From Eledone cirrhosa (lineage: Eukaryota), in assembly GCA_964016885.1 (NCBI GenBank), contig OZ024749.1:372001-436000 (forward strand): a DNA stretch of 64,000 nucleotides, read 5' to 3'. Positions within the stretch are counted from its first letter, which is position 1; each line of letters opens with the position of its first letter. Shown here one piece after another: positions 1-11,613 of this stretch. A model generated the notes under the pieces. It did no database searches, had not been told where the DNA came from, and worked only from the letters and a program-made list of their open reading frames with translations. The position numbers were made by a program, and so were the translations under genes.

Positions 1-175
1 CCAGTTCCACACTGTAAATGTGGTTGGTGTTAGGAAGGGCATCCAGCCATAGAAAACCCGCCAGACAGTCCTATGCGAGCAAGACAACCACTTTTGCCTC
101 AAGTGGGAAAACTCCCGTCCAAACCCATGCAAGCGTGGAATATGGACGTTAAACGATGCTGATGATGATGATGAT
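1..175 (+). mobile_element. RTE-clade LINE 3' UTR with (GAT)n tail
   Basis: gttggtgttaggaagggcatccagc ... aacccatgcaagcgtggaa ... gacgttaaacgatg(atg)n; the same tail follows RTE ORFs at 6830-7035, 27370-27677 and 44650-45040. Confidence 0.85.
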
Positions 176-249
176 ATATATATATATGTATATATATATA
201 TGTATATATATGTATATATATATGTATATATATATGTATATATATGTAT

Positions 250-430
250 ATCATCATCATCATGATCATCATCATTTCATTTTACGTCCGCTTTTCCCTG
301 CTTGCAAGGGTGGGACGGGAACTGATTCTGGCTTGATTTCTACAGCTGGATGCCCTTCCTAACACCAACCTCATTTACAGTGAGTGCTGGGTGCTTTTTT
401 GCCGTGGCACCTAAACGACCACTTTGCAGT
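250..430 (-). mobile_element. RTE LINE 3' UTR fragment
   Basis: (CAT)n followed by the reverse complement of the same 3' UTR (ctggatgcccttcctaacaccaac). Confidence 0.75.
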
Positions 431-449
431 GGAATGATAGGGACCCCAG

Positions 450-602
450 TCCCTATCATCTCATTTCTACAGCTGAGTAAACTGGAGCAATGTGAAATAA
501 AGTGTCTTGCTCAAGGAAACAACACATCACCCGGTCTGAGAATTGAACTCACAACCTTTCGATTGCAAGGCCAATGCTTTAACCACTAACCCATGTGCCT
601 CC
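450..602 (-). mobile_element. tRNA-derived SINE (head and body)
   Basis: Minus strand reads ggaggcacatgggttagtggtt (A box-like) ... gagttcaattct (B box-like), then ccttgagcaagacactt. Confidence 0.75.
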
Positions 603-603
603 A

Positions 604-1301
604 TCTTTAAAGCGATGAAATACCAATGATGGTTGGAAGATCACTGATGAAGGACTAACTTTATTCATATGTAACCCATTAGCAACCCCGCAGCACGTTT
701 ATTTCCTATTTACACATATTTTTTCCCCTGCTGTTACCCGTCTATTTCGTTCTTACTGCTTCCTCTTTCTCTGTATCTTTACCCTCTCTAGCAGTCACTC
801 TCTCTGTTAGCCTCTTCCTCACCCTTCACTCACTCATTCTCCGTCACTACCTCTCCTCCTCCTTCTTCCCGTTTGACCTGTGCATAATTCTTTTCTTTCG
901 CACGCTTGGCCAGGCCAGTCAGCATTTTTTCTCTCTCTCGTCTACGATTTCACAGAACTTATGTTTACCGAATTCACAGACTAGACCCCTTCTTCCTCCC
1001 GTTAGACCTGTACGAAATTCCTTCCTTGCTCACATTTCAACCAGGTTTGATGGTCTTTATTCTCTCTCGTTCACGATTTCACCGAAATTAAATTCATAAA
1101 AATTTGGGACTTGACTCCTTCTTCCTCACTTTTCGTTGCTTCGCCATTTTTGTTTGTTTACACTCGTGTCCCCTTTATTTACGTGTCCCAACGACTTTTT
1201 TTAGCCGTTGCTCGCACCAACCAGAGGTATATGGTCTTTAAAGCGATGAAATACCAATGATGGTTGGAAGATCACTGATGAAGGACTAACTTTATTCATA
1301 T
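604..1301. repeat. Segment bounded by identical 67-bp direct repeats (604-670 and 1235-1301), with internal ~125-bp degenerate repeats
   Basis: tctttaaagcgatgaaataccaatgatggttggaagatcactgatgaaggactaactttattcatat occurs twice. Confidence 0.85.
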
Positions 1302-1378
1302 ATATATATGTGTGTGTGTGTATATATTGAAAATGTTAAGAATAACATGGTCAACAGTACAAAAAAGGGATTTATTTA

Positions 1379-1491
1379 CAGTCTGATAATTGTTTCACTG
1401 ATTAAGTTGTCTAAAAATTGCTGAACACTTGAAGCAGTGCCACTCAATTTCAAATACATTGTTAGCTTAACCAGATCATCGGAGATAACTG
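1379..1491 (-). ncRNA. Degenerate type I hammerhead ribozyme motif (Penelope pLTR-like)
   Basis: Minus strand: cagttatct-CCGATGA-t-ctggttaag...cttaatcag-t-GAAA-caattatc-agactg; core and stem III carry mismatches. Confidence 0.45.
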
Positions 1492-2046
1492 TTATATGTC
1501 CGGTAATTTATGAATTCAAATTACAGCATCATTAATAATATTAATAATAAAGATAGAGAGAGAAAAAAGAAATTTTTATATATGGCTCGAACTTCAGCCT
1601 GACACTGCTTTGACTGATACACTCCCTTCCCTCTATATATCACTTGCATGTATGTGGTTGCACGTGTGTGTTTATATGCGTGCTTTCATACTTGTATGTG
1701 TATATATTTCAATCCTTAGTACCTGAGTCGGGATGTACATTAACTCTATTATCTTACAATTTCTTTTCAACATATATTATATCTGTATTTGTGGTCACAC
1801 ATACACTGCTATGCTTGCCCTCATGTATGTACTTACGCACACATTTTTTTACTCTACACATGCATTTGTACATACACACATATGTACATTTGTGAGTGAA
1901 TATACACACATTTATACACATACCCTAACTATATTTCCTTATTTTATTTTTATATATCTCTTGCATTACTTTTATTTATATATTTTTTTGCCCGTTAAAC
2001 TTTTGCCTTTCTTGAGGAGATTTTTCAAATATTTCACTATGTTTTA

Positions 2047-2124
2047 AATTGCCTTGTCTGACGAATGAATGAGGACGTTTCTTGTATTCCTCTTATTCAG
2101 GAAACCTCTGGTAATGAGGTAATT
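2047..2124 (+). ncRNA. Type I hammerhead ribozyme in a Penelope-type pLTR remnant
   Basis: Stem I aattgccttgt/atgaggtaatt; CTGACGA 2058-2064; stem II tgaatgagga/tcctcttattca; GAAA 2101-2104; stem III acc-tct-ggt; GTA triplet 2111-2113. Confidence 0.75.
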
Positions 2125-2660
2125 ATATTGTATTGTTTATTATACATTAAATTTAGCTCTGGTACTTACATAGAGCACTCTTCACTCCTATGACTTTTTC
2201 AATTTTCAACGGAAACTTCAATACATATATATATATATATGTATGTATATATATATTATTCAAAATATTAACAAATGAAAAATATTCTCATAATCAAAAT
2301 ATATACTTTATTATATATATTTCAAAGGTACTGTGTTGTTTTTTCAGTACGTCCTCATCAGACAAAATATATGATTTGATACATGACATACCTCTACAGT
2401 CTTTGTTCAACTCCAGTATTGGCAGTGATTTATTTCATCAAATCTCAAAGGTTATATACCACAAATAATATGATGAACTTAAAGAAGAAAAGGACGTAGA
2501 GCAAATTAGAGATATAAGAGAGGGTGTAAAGAAGAGAAAAGGCAAGAAAAAATAAATAAATGGATGAAAAAAAGAAATATATAAAAAAAAGAAAAGAGGA
2601 ATAACGACAAAAGAGAGGGAAGGTGTTGGGGAAAGTAAAGCGAACGAAGGGGGAGTAAAG

Positions 2661-2815
2661 AAAAATAAAGAAAAATAATTGTTTCTACTTTAGGCACAAG
2701 GCCAGCAATTACCCAGTGCATTACTGGTACTTTATTTTATTGACCCCGTAAAATAAAGTACCAGTAATGCACTGGGTAATTGCTGGCCTTGTGCCTAAAA
2801 ATAAAGAAAAATAAT
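2661..2815. mobile_element. Fold-back SINE 3' end with 19-bp target-site duplication
   Basis: ~51-bp perfect inverted repeat of the SINE tail around a 9-nt loop; aaaaataaagaaaaataat at 2661-2679 and 2797-2815. Confidence 0.8.
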
Positions 2816-3160
2816 GGAACATCAAATAGAGTGGGATAGAGAAAAAAACCATTGTTTTCAAATGTTAGATCAAATAGGACATCAAATCAATTCACATAAA
2901 CAATTGAATATCTCTTGTATTTGATTATGCTTTAGCTAATTATACTTATATATTATATCAAAATTAATCAGTATAGATTACTTTCTATAGCAATCACATA
3001 TTTAGTTTAATTAAGAATTTATATAATTTAATTTAACTCATTATAGATTATTATTTTTAATTTTAAAGTAAAATATTCTATAAATATTTTGTTAGAACTT
3101 TAAAAGAATTAATCTTTAAAGCGTATTTAAATAATTATTAAATATGTATTAAAATATAAT

Positions 3161-3347
3161 TGTTTCTACTTTTGGCACAAGGCCAGTAATTACCCAGTGT
3201 ATTACTGGTACTTTATTTTATCGACCCCATAAGGATGAAAGGCAAAGTTAACCTCGGCGGGATTTGAACTCAAAATGGCAAAGGGCGTAACTCTATGCGT
3301 CAAAGCATTGGGTCCGACCTTCTACCGATACTGCCAATCCACCGCCC
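3161..3347 (-). mobile_element. Full-length tRNA-derived SINE (octopus OR-like, Meta-domain-like core)
   Basis: Minus strand: ggcggtggattggcag...gagttcaaatccc...gcctttcatcc...ggggtcgataaaataaagtacc...agtagaaacaatt; 16-bp TSD tgtattaaaatataat at 3145-3160 and 3348-3363. Confidence 0.85.
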
Positions 3348-3729
3348 TGTATTAAAATATAATACCATGCATATATCACCAATACATATAATATATTTAG
3401 ATCATTTATTACCCAAATTATTTTATTTAATTAGAATATTCTCTTTATAAAATTTTTACTATTCTTTAATTTTCATTTAATTCCTAGGATTAAACTGCAG
3501 TTATATTTACTCTCAAAAGTTTTATTTCATTAATTTAATGAAAGGTTATATTTACTTCTGTACTTAATTATTTTGATATATAGTTTCCTTTTAATGATAG
3601 TGATATATTATTAATCTATATATTTCTCAAGGGCATAGAAAACAAAAAAGTGTTCAGTACAGGACCCAGAAGGGGTTTTAAAGTGATACATACATCAAAG
3701 TTCATTCTTAGTTCAAACAGACATGGTGT

Positions 3730-3922
3730 TGTTCAGTTGGTTCTCTAGAAATAGTAGGCACTTTCCAGTACCTGGGTGACAAAAACAGCAGTGGTGGTGG
3801 ATGCTCTGAAAGTACAGTAGCCAGAGTTAGAACGGGATGGATCCTTACGGGGTCGATAAAATAAAGTACCAGTAATGCACTGGATAATTGCTGGCCTTGT
3901 GCCAAAAGTAGAAACAATTAAT
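3730..3922 (+). mobile_element. RTE coding fragment fused to a SINE 3' tail
   Basis: Encodes FQYLGDK...GGGCSESTVARVRTGW as in the other RTE copies, then ggggtcgataaaataaagtacc...gtagaaacaatt. Confidence 0.7.
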
Positions 3923-3959
3923 TAATCAAAATAGAAATGTTGTCATGAAAGGTTTAATC

Positions 3960-4195
3960 TAGTAACATCACAACATATACTAATGACATCACAACATAAA
4001 CTAATGACATCTTACAATATATACTAGTGACATCACAATATATATTAGTGATATCACAACATATACTAATGACATCTTACAATATATACTAATGACATCT
4101 TACAATATATACTAATGACATCACAACATATACTGATGACATCACAACATATACTAGTGACATCACAACATATACTAATGACATCTTACAATATA
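3960..4195. repeat. ~21-24 bp minisatellite (tatactaatgacatcacaaca)
   Basis: About 10 visible tandem copies. Confidence 0.85.
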
Positions 4196-4269
4196 ATGTT
4201 ATCTTGTAGAATCTCTTACGTTTCACTAGTTATTTTCTGTTTAATTCTTTGTTTTTTTTCTCCTCCCAG

Positions 4270-4310
4270 CCTCCATTTGTATTACTTCAGATGATCTTAT
4301 CCCTCTATTG
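4270..4310 (+). CDS. VPS9-domain protein, coding exon a: (A)SICITSDDLIPLL
   Basis: Acceptor tttttttctcctcccag, donor gtaagt; xDDLxP is the VPS9 catalytic-Asp motif; ends in phase 0. Confidence 0.85.
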
Positions 4311-4437
4311 GTAAGTTTTTCTCAGTCTCTCTCCTCCTCCTCTCTCTTCTTCTCATCCTTCTTGAGGTGGTGGTGGGGTCAGAGTCTCCAAACACTTGCA
4401 ACCGGCCATTTTTCTGCTAGCACGTGTAGTGTGCGAT

Positions 4438-5220
4438 GTCATCATCATCATCATCGTCATTATTTAACGTCTTCCACACTAGCATGGGTTAGATGGTTTT
4501 GTTCCATTTGATGTGGAATTGGTCAGGAGACCATGTCTCGCTTGTACAGAACTGTCTCTGGCAGGATTTTTACAGCTGGATGCCCTTCCTAACACCAACC
4601 ACATTTACAGTGTGGACTGGGAGCCTTTTTACCATGGACGGAAATGGGAGGACGGAGTAGGGTGTGTGGAGTGGGGTGTATATTGGGTTAAGAGGTGCCT
4701 ACTGACTAGGTTTAAGTTTGTATGCCAGAGAAAGCAGGTCTGCTGTACAACTGCATAACACCTAAGATCTCGATCCAGTGACATTGTCTTAGAGAGGTGT
4801 AAGTGAGCAAGGTCAGTTTTTATCACCTCATCCCAGGTTTTTTCTTGGTCTACCCACTCCATAGCTTCCGTCAATTTTTATTGCCCTGCACTTTTTTATA
4901 TAGCTGTTGTCTTTCATACACACCACATGACCATACCAACGCAATCTCCTCTCCAGAACACAACATTTGATACCTCTTATGCTTAGTCTCTCTCTCAATT
5001 CATTTATGCTTTGCCGTTCGTGTACATTACAATTTAACTTTAAGGCCTTTTGATTCTAGGCCATGCTTCCATGTTTGGAACTTCTTCTCTAGTTCAGCCA
5101 TAGATTCAGCTATGAGAGTTAGATCATCTGCATATAGAAGTTCCCATGGGCAGCCAGTCTTAAATCCCTCTGTTATAGCCTGTAGTGCAATAATAAACAG
5201 GAGGGGGCTAAGGACTGATC
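4438..5220 (-). mobile_element. Degenerate RTE LINE 3' portion with internal deletions
   Basis: (CAT)n tail, 3' UTR, and reverse-strand GCPWELLYADD and KTWDEVIK segments. Confidence 0.8.
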
Positions 5221-5404
5221 AGAAAATTGAAAAGTAAATTGATAACATGCACATAAATTGAAGAGACACTGTGCTACACTGTCTTCTGTAATCAGTAAAG
5301 TAATCCATGATTATGAACGCTAACGGATGTTGATATTTGAAAGTTTTAACAGAAGTGAATCTTGAAATAAGCAATACATTTTATATAAAGTTATTTATGT
5401 CTAA

Positions 5405-5973
5405 CCCTTTAGCGTTCAAAACTGGCCAAAATTATTTCCCCTTTATTTGTTCAAACCAGCCAACAAGACCCACACTAAAATATCGTTCTAAAAATAAACA
5501 ATACCATCATCAAAATCTCGTCAATTCGAGATTACTGCAAGGAAAACCCGATCTGTTATGGCGATGCAGAAATGCAACTATTTTTTACCATAAATATTAA
5601 GTTCACTATAAAACAATTTCCAAGACTGTGGAATTACTGGAGCACTGATATAAGGTTTAGTGACCCTTATATATCAAGTATTATGCCGAAAACAAGGTAT
5701 TTAAAATTAAACCAGTATTTGCACCTGGTTGATACATTAAATGCCCCTGTTAATTAATTTCACCTGCCCATAAAAGTCAAATTTAACTCAAAAGAATCAG
5801 GTAAAAATATATAATTATAAATTATTGATATTTAAACATCTACTGACAAAATTTCAAGTCTGTACAGAAAATTAAGAAAATTACAAACAATAAAATTGAT
5901 AACCCTCTTGAGTATGATTAACTGAAAATAATGTGAATAAACATGACATTTGACAAATGTGAATGCTAAAGGG
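5405..5973 (+). mobile_element. piggyBac deletion derivative with transposase remnant
   Basis: TIRs ccctttagcgttca / tgaatgctaaaggg flanked by ctaa and ttaa; 5572-5757 encodes ...NYWSTDIRFSDPYISSIMPKTRYLKLNQYLHLVD, resembling the piggyBac YWS...MSRxRF..I...LH..D segment. Confidence 0.8.
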
Positions 5974-6356
5974 TTAATTAAGAGTTAAGAAATTTAGGTA
6001 GGTTTAGCTGGTCTCCTACAAGGTTGTATCTCATAAGAGGTTTCTTGGGTGTTTTAATGTTGTTGTTACATCTCACAACTATGTAGGTTTACCATGAACC
6101 TCATCGGAGGTTTCTTGGTGTCTTAGTCTTATCATGAAAAGACCAAATGTTGGTCACTTGCAGAGCTTAAGATGCAGCTAGTACTCATTTTCTCACCCAG
6201 CTGAGTGGATTGGTGCAACATTATATCAGCAGCTTTCTATATCATAGTACTAGAGGTGGTTTGGTAGCAAAACGGTTGAAGGTAGTGAAGACTGTACGTT
6301 TATCTAGTTTCACTAATAATTTACACTATGAAAACTTCATGTATATAATTCGTTAG

Positions 6357-7035
6357 GCCATTTCCTTCAGAATGACAGGCAGACTGTATGGTGCGTGCAT
6401 ACGAACAGCAATGTTACATGGTATTGAGACCTGAACGCTGTCTGTAGAATACTTGCGTAGATTAGAAAGAAACGAAGCATGCATACTCCGATGGATGTGT
6501 AATAGTAATATACACAAACGGCAAAGCATAAACGAATTGAGAGAGAGACTGAGCATAAGAGGAATCAAATGCTGTGTGCAGGAGAGGAGATTGCGTTGGT
6601 ATGGACATGTGATGCGTATAAAGGATGACAGCTGCATAAAAAGGTGCAGAGCACTAAAAGTTGATGGAAGCCTTGGAGTGGGGAGACCCAAGAAGACCTG
6701 GGATGAGGTGATAAAAGCTGACCTTACTCAATTGCACCTCTCAATAGCGATGACACAGGACCATGACCTCTGGCGTCACGCAGTAATACAGAAGACCCGA
6801 CTTCCCACAGGCACAAGCCGAGGCTGAAGCATATAGATAATATGCCCCCACACCCTCCCACTGTAAAGTGGTCATGTAGGTGCCACGACAAAAAGCATCC
6901 AGTACTCACTGTAAATGAGGAAGGGCATCCAGTTGTAGAAATCAAGCCAAAATCAGTTCCCGTATGAGCAGGACAACCTGTCTAACCCATGCTAGCGTGG
7001 AAACATCGACATAAAACGGTGATGATGATGATGAT
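6357..7035 (+). mobile_element. 5'-truncated RTE LINE
   Basis: ORF 6453-6827 RRLERNEACILRWMC...RLRWYGHVMR...GRPKKTW; 3' UTR and (GAT)n tail. Confidence 0.9.
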
Positions 7036-7199
7036 TATAGTTTAGCCTCAGGCCTGGCATAGTGGAGTAGATTTATGATCAATGTAATTCTAAATGTGAT
7101 CACCTAATCTTTCTCCCAGGCAGAATATATTTCTACTTCTTATTCCTAAAAGTGTTGTAAGAGCAAAGTACTCAAACACTTCATCCAGTGAGTCCTGTC

Positions 7200-7410
7200 G
7201 GAAGCAACCATCTCCACCTGATCAGGCTGGATCTCTAAGCGAGAGCAGCTAAGCTCATGGATGTTATCCAACCTTCTTGCTCAGGGTCTACCACTGGGTT
7301 TCCTACCATTTGGTTTTACCTGTAATATCTGCCCAGCAATTCTTTCCTAGGACATTCTAACCACATGCCCATAGTATCAGAGCTGTGATCTCTCAATTCA
7401 GCGAGTATTT
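7200..7410 (-). mobile_element. 3' coding fragment of a second RTE family (RIERSQLxYYGHVVRM type)
   Basis: Reverse complement of the fragment at 9527-9790; further copies at 17159-17265 and 17572-17940. Confidence 0.65.
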
Positions 7411-7439
7411 CCTGAGATATTCTAACCTATTTATATTTT

Positions 7440-9525
7440 TTATGTCATTAACCCTTTCATTATATTATTTCTAATGAAAGACACTGTCTATATCATTAAC
7501 CCTTCCATTACCATATTTCTAATGAAAGACATTGTCTATGTCATTAACCCTTTCACTACCATATTTCTAATGAAAGACACTGTCTATATCATTAACCCTT
7601 CCATTACCATATTTCTAATGAAAGACACTGTCTATGTCATTAACCCTTCTATTACCATATTTCTAATGAAAGACACTGCCTATGTCATTAACCCTTCCAT
7701 TACCATATTTCTAAAGAAACACACTGTCTCTCTCATTAACCCTTCCATTACCATATTTCTAATGAAAGACATTGTCTATGTCATTAGCCCTTCCATTACC
7801 ATATTTCTAAAGAAAAACACTGCCTATATCATTAACCCTTCCATTTCCATATTTCTAATGAAAGACACTGTCTATGTCATTAACCCTTTCATTACCATAT
7901 TTCTAATGAAAGACACTGTCTATGTCATTAACCCTTTCATTACCATAATTCTAATGAAAGACACTGTCTATGTCATTTACCCTTTCATTACCATAATTCT
8001 AATGAAAGACATTGTCTATATCATTAACCCTTTCATTACCATAATTCTAATGAAAGACATTGTCTATGTCATTAACCCTTTCATTACCATAATTCTAATG
8101 AAAAACATTGTCTATGTCATTAACCCTTTCATTACCATAATTCTAATGAAAGACATTGTCTATGTCATTAACCCTTTCATTACCATAATTCTAATGAAAG
8201 ACATTGTCTATGTCATTTACCCTTTCATTACCATAATTCTAATGAAAGACATTGTCTATGTCATTAACCCTTTCATTACCATAATTCTAATGAAAGACAT
8301 TGTCTATGTCATTAACCCTTTCATTACCATAATTCTAATGAAAGACATTGTCTATGTCATTAACCCTTTCATTACCATAATTCTAATGAAAGACATTGTC
8401 TATATCATTAACCCTTTCATTACCATAATTCTAATGAAAGACATTGTCTATGTCATTAACCCTTTCATTACCATAATTCTAATGAAAAACATTGTCTATG
8501 TCATTAACCCTTTCATTACCATAATTCTAATGAAAGACATTGTCTATGTCATTAACCCTTTCATTACCATAATTCTAATGAAAGACATTGTCTATGTCAT
8601 TAACCCTTTCATTACCATAATTCTAATGAAAAACATTGTCTATGTCATTAACCCTTTCATTACCATAATTCTAATGAAAGACATTGTCTATGTCATTAAC
8701 CCTTTCATTACCATAATTCTAATGAAAGACATTGTCTATGTCATTAACCCTTTCATTACCATAATTCTAATGAAAGACATTGTCTATGTCATTAACCCTT
8801 TCATTACCATAATTCTAATGAAAGACATTGTCTATGTCATTAACCCTTTCATTACCATAATTCTAATGAAAGACATTGTCTATGTCATTAACCCTTTCAT
8901 TACCATAATTCTAATGAAAGACATTGTCTATGTCATTAACCCTTTCATTACCATAATTCTAATGAAAGACATTGTCTATGTCATTAACCCTTTCATTACC
9001 ATAATTCTAATGAAAGACATTGTCTATGTCATTAACCCTTTCATTACGATAATTCTAATGAAAGACATTGTCTATGTCATTAACCCTTTCATTACCATAA
9101 TTCTAATGAAAGACATTGTCTATGTCATTAACCCTTTCATTACTATATTTCTAATGAAAGACACTGTCTATGTCATTAACCCTTTCATTACTATATTTCT
9201 AATGAAAGACACTCTCTATGTCATTAACCCTTTCATTACCATAATTCTAATGAAAAACATTGTCTATGTCATTAACCCTTTGATTACCATAATTCTAATG
9301 AAAGACATTGTCTATGTCATTAACCCTTTCATTACCATATTTCTAATGAAAGACACTGTCTATGTCATTAACCCTTTCATTACCATATTTCTAATGAAAG
9401 ACACTCTCTATGTCATTAACCCTTTCATTACCATAATTCTAATGAAAGACACTGTCTATGTCATTAACCCTTTCATTACCATATTTCTAATGAAAGACAC
9501 TGCCTATATCATTAACCCTTTCTCA
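7440..9525. repeat. 48-bp minisatellite, ~43 copies
   Basis: Unit atgaaagacattgtctatgtcattaaccctttcattaccataattcta; homogeneous centre, divergent edges. Confidence 0.97.
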
Positions 9526-9526
9526 T

Positions 9527-9790
9527 TATCCGAATTGAGAGATCATCACAATACTATAGGTATGTGGTTAGAATGTCTTAGGAAAGAATCACTGGATAGA
9601 TTACAAAACCAACTGGTAGTGGACACAGTGGTAGACTCCGAGCACAATGGTTGGATAAAATCCATGAGCTTGGCTGGTCACGCTTGTGGATCCAGTCGGA
9701 TTGATGGAGATGGTTTTTTTCTGGCAGGACATGTTGAAAGGCGCGTTTGAAGATTCTGCACCTCAAGACAATCCGAGGAATAAGAAGGTG
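9527..9790 (+). mobile_element. RTE 3' coding fragment (second family)
   Basis: cgaattgagagatca...tatgtggttagaatg...ggtagactccgagcacaatggttggat encodes RIERS...VVRM...GRLRAQWLD. Confidence 0.65.
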
Positions 9791-9958
9791 TTTAGATAAA
9801 TAAAACCATTTTAACATAAACAGTTTTGTATGATAGAACCAGGGGTGTTTGGAACATAACTTAACAAAGGTTCTTACATAAAATTATGATGGAAGGTTTT
9901 TAAATAAATATAAACACTAACATAAACAGTTTTGTATCTGCTGCCATTTATTTTACAG

Positions 9959-10062
9959 GTGAAGGTTTTGGTAAAGGCTCAATGTCCACATCTACAGAGT
10001 AACATTTTTTACATGGATGTATTCAATTGGTCAGCAGCATCAAAAGACAAGGACAATATCAG
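9959..10062 (+). CDS. VPS9-domain protein, exon b: VKVLVKAQCPHLQSNIFYMDVFNWSAASKDKDNI(S)
   Basis: Acceptor tttattttacag, donor ag|gtaatg; 104 nt, phase 0 to phase 2; VPS9-like V-VLVKA..P.L.SNI.Y...F pattern. Confidence 0.85.
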
Positions 10063-10092
10063 GTAATGCTTAAATTATCCTTCAACTAGTGA

Positions 10093-10330
10093 TTAAACCT
10101 TTAGCATTTAAACCGGTTATGTCCAACCAGAATCTTCTCACCTCTGTTTAAACCGGTTATATCTGGCCAGAATCCTCTCACCTCTGTTTAAACCGGTTAT
10201 ATCTGGCCAGAATCTTCTAACCTCTGTTTAAAGCAGTCGTATCTGGCCAGAATCCTCTCACCTCTTTCTGTTTAAACCCTCTGTAACTAGCCACTCATAC
10301 TGATGTTAAGGTATTGTTCTCAAAATAATA
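10093..10330 (+). mobile_element. piggyBac-type MITE left end with ~41-bp internal tandem repeats
   Basis: ttaaacctttagcatttaaac resembles the TIR at 5401; tttaaaccggttatatctggccagaatcctctcacctctg repeated ~4 times. Confidence 0.55.
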
Positions 10331-10369
10331 TCAAAGTCTCATAGATTCAATATTATGTGGAGTGAGAGC

Positions 10370-10960
10370 CGATGTCTGTATTGGTCTGAAATGTCGGTCT
10401 GGTTCGGCTTCTCGACCTTTATCATCTATCATGCCATCTGAAAACCGGTCAGTTAGCACGTCACACTGAGCTAAACTTCATCATCAAGAGAGCTTTGGTC
10501 CAGGCAAACATCCCCTCAATTTGGGAACTGTCTGGGTTGTCCAGAATTGATGGGAAAAGGCCTGACACTCTTACCCTGTGTCCTTGGATAAGAGGCAGGT
10601 GTCTTATCTGGGTTGTCACAGTTAGTGACTCTTTTGCTTCTTCCCACATCTTGGATGCTATGGTAAGGGCAAGAGCCACAGCTCCCATAGCCGAATGGAA
10701 CAAAATGCTGAAATACTAAGATCTGTCAATTAACTACATTTTCTATCTTGTGGCATTCTAGACATTTGGTGGAGTTGGGCCAACTACAAGGTTCTTGTCA
10801 TCACAAGCAGCTTGCTTGATCAAGGTAACTGGTGATGCTCTTGAAGGTGCTTGGCTGTTCCAAGGCATCAGCCTTGCCAATCACATGAGGTAACGCTGCG
10901 AGCAAGCTGGCTTGCCCCAAAAATTATTAGAGAGGTTTTCCAGTGCTCCTCACAATATTT
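10370..10960 (+). pseudogene. C-terminal restriction-like endonuclease domain of a CRE-like non-LTR retrotransposon, degenerate
   Basis: RHTELNFIIKRAL..ANIPS...GLSRIDGKRPDTLTLCPWIRGRCLIW.VT.SD...AEWNKMLKY with stops. Confidence 0.7.
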
Positions 10961-11000
10961 TATCTTCTGTTCTGGTAGGGGCTCGGTTGTCCACCCCTTT

Positions 11001-11613
11001 CACCTGCCTTTTGTTGTATGTGGTCCCAGATGTATGTATTACCTGCTTATGTATTGTATGTGGTCCCAGATGTATGTATTACCTGCTTATGTATTGTATG
11101 TGGTCCTAGATGTATGTATTACCTGCTTGTGTGTTGAATGTGGTCCTAGATGTATGTAATATCTACTTGTGTGTTGTATGTGGTCCCAAATGTATGTATT
11201 ACCTGATTGTGTGTTGTATGTGGTCCTAGATGTGTGTATTACCTGCTGGTGTGTTGTATGTGGTCCTAGATGTATGTATTACCTGATTGTGTGTTGTATG
11301 TGGTCCCAGATGTATGTATTACCTGATTGTGTGTTGTATGTGGTCCTAGATGTATGTATTACCCGCTGGTGTGTTGTATGTGGTCCCAGATGTATGTATT
11401 ACCTGATTGTGTGTTGTATGTGGTCCTAGATGTATGTATTACCTGCTTATGTGTTGTATGTGGTCTTAGATGTATGTATTACCTGCTTGTGTGTTATATG
11501 TGGTCCTACGTGTGTGTATTACCTGCTTGTGTGTTGTATGTGGTCCTAGATGTATGTATTACCTGCTGGTGTGATGTATGTGGTCCTAGATGTGTGTATT
11601 ACCTGCTTGTGTG
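11001..11613. repeat. 40-bp minisatellite, ~15 copies
   Basis: Unit ttgtatgtggtcctagatgtatgtattacctgcttgtgtg; lies directly 3' of the CRE-like remnant. Confidence 0.95.

Noticed and set aside
644-670. CTGATGA as a hammerhead core (also at ~1275)
   Set aside because: No stem II, GAAA or stem III follows
2348-2450. Candidate upstream exon TSSSDKIYDLIHDIPLQSLFNSSIGSDLFHQISK
   Set aside because: Good acceptor but weak donor (gttata), phase does not match exon a, and no recognisable motif; unresolved without RNA-seq
7440-9525. CRISPR-like appearance of this and the other tandem arrays
   Set aside because: No unique spacers, no cas genes, eukaryotic context
7474-9750. 758-aa ORF of 16-aa repeats
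   Set aside because: A 48-bp stop-free unit read in frame, ending in an off-frame RTE fragment, inside an intron; not a credible protein
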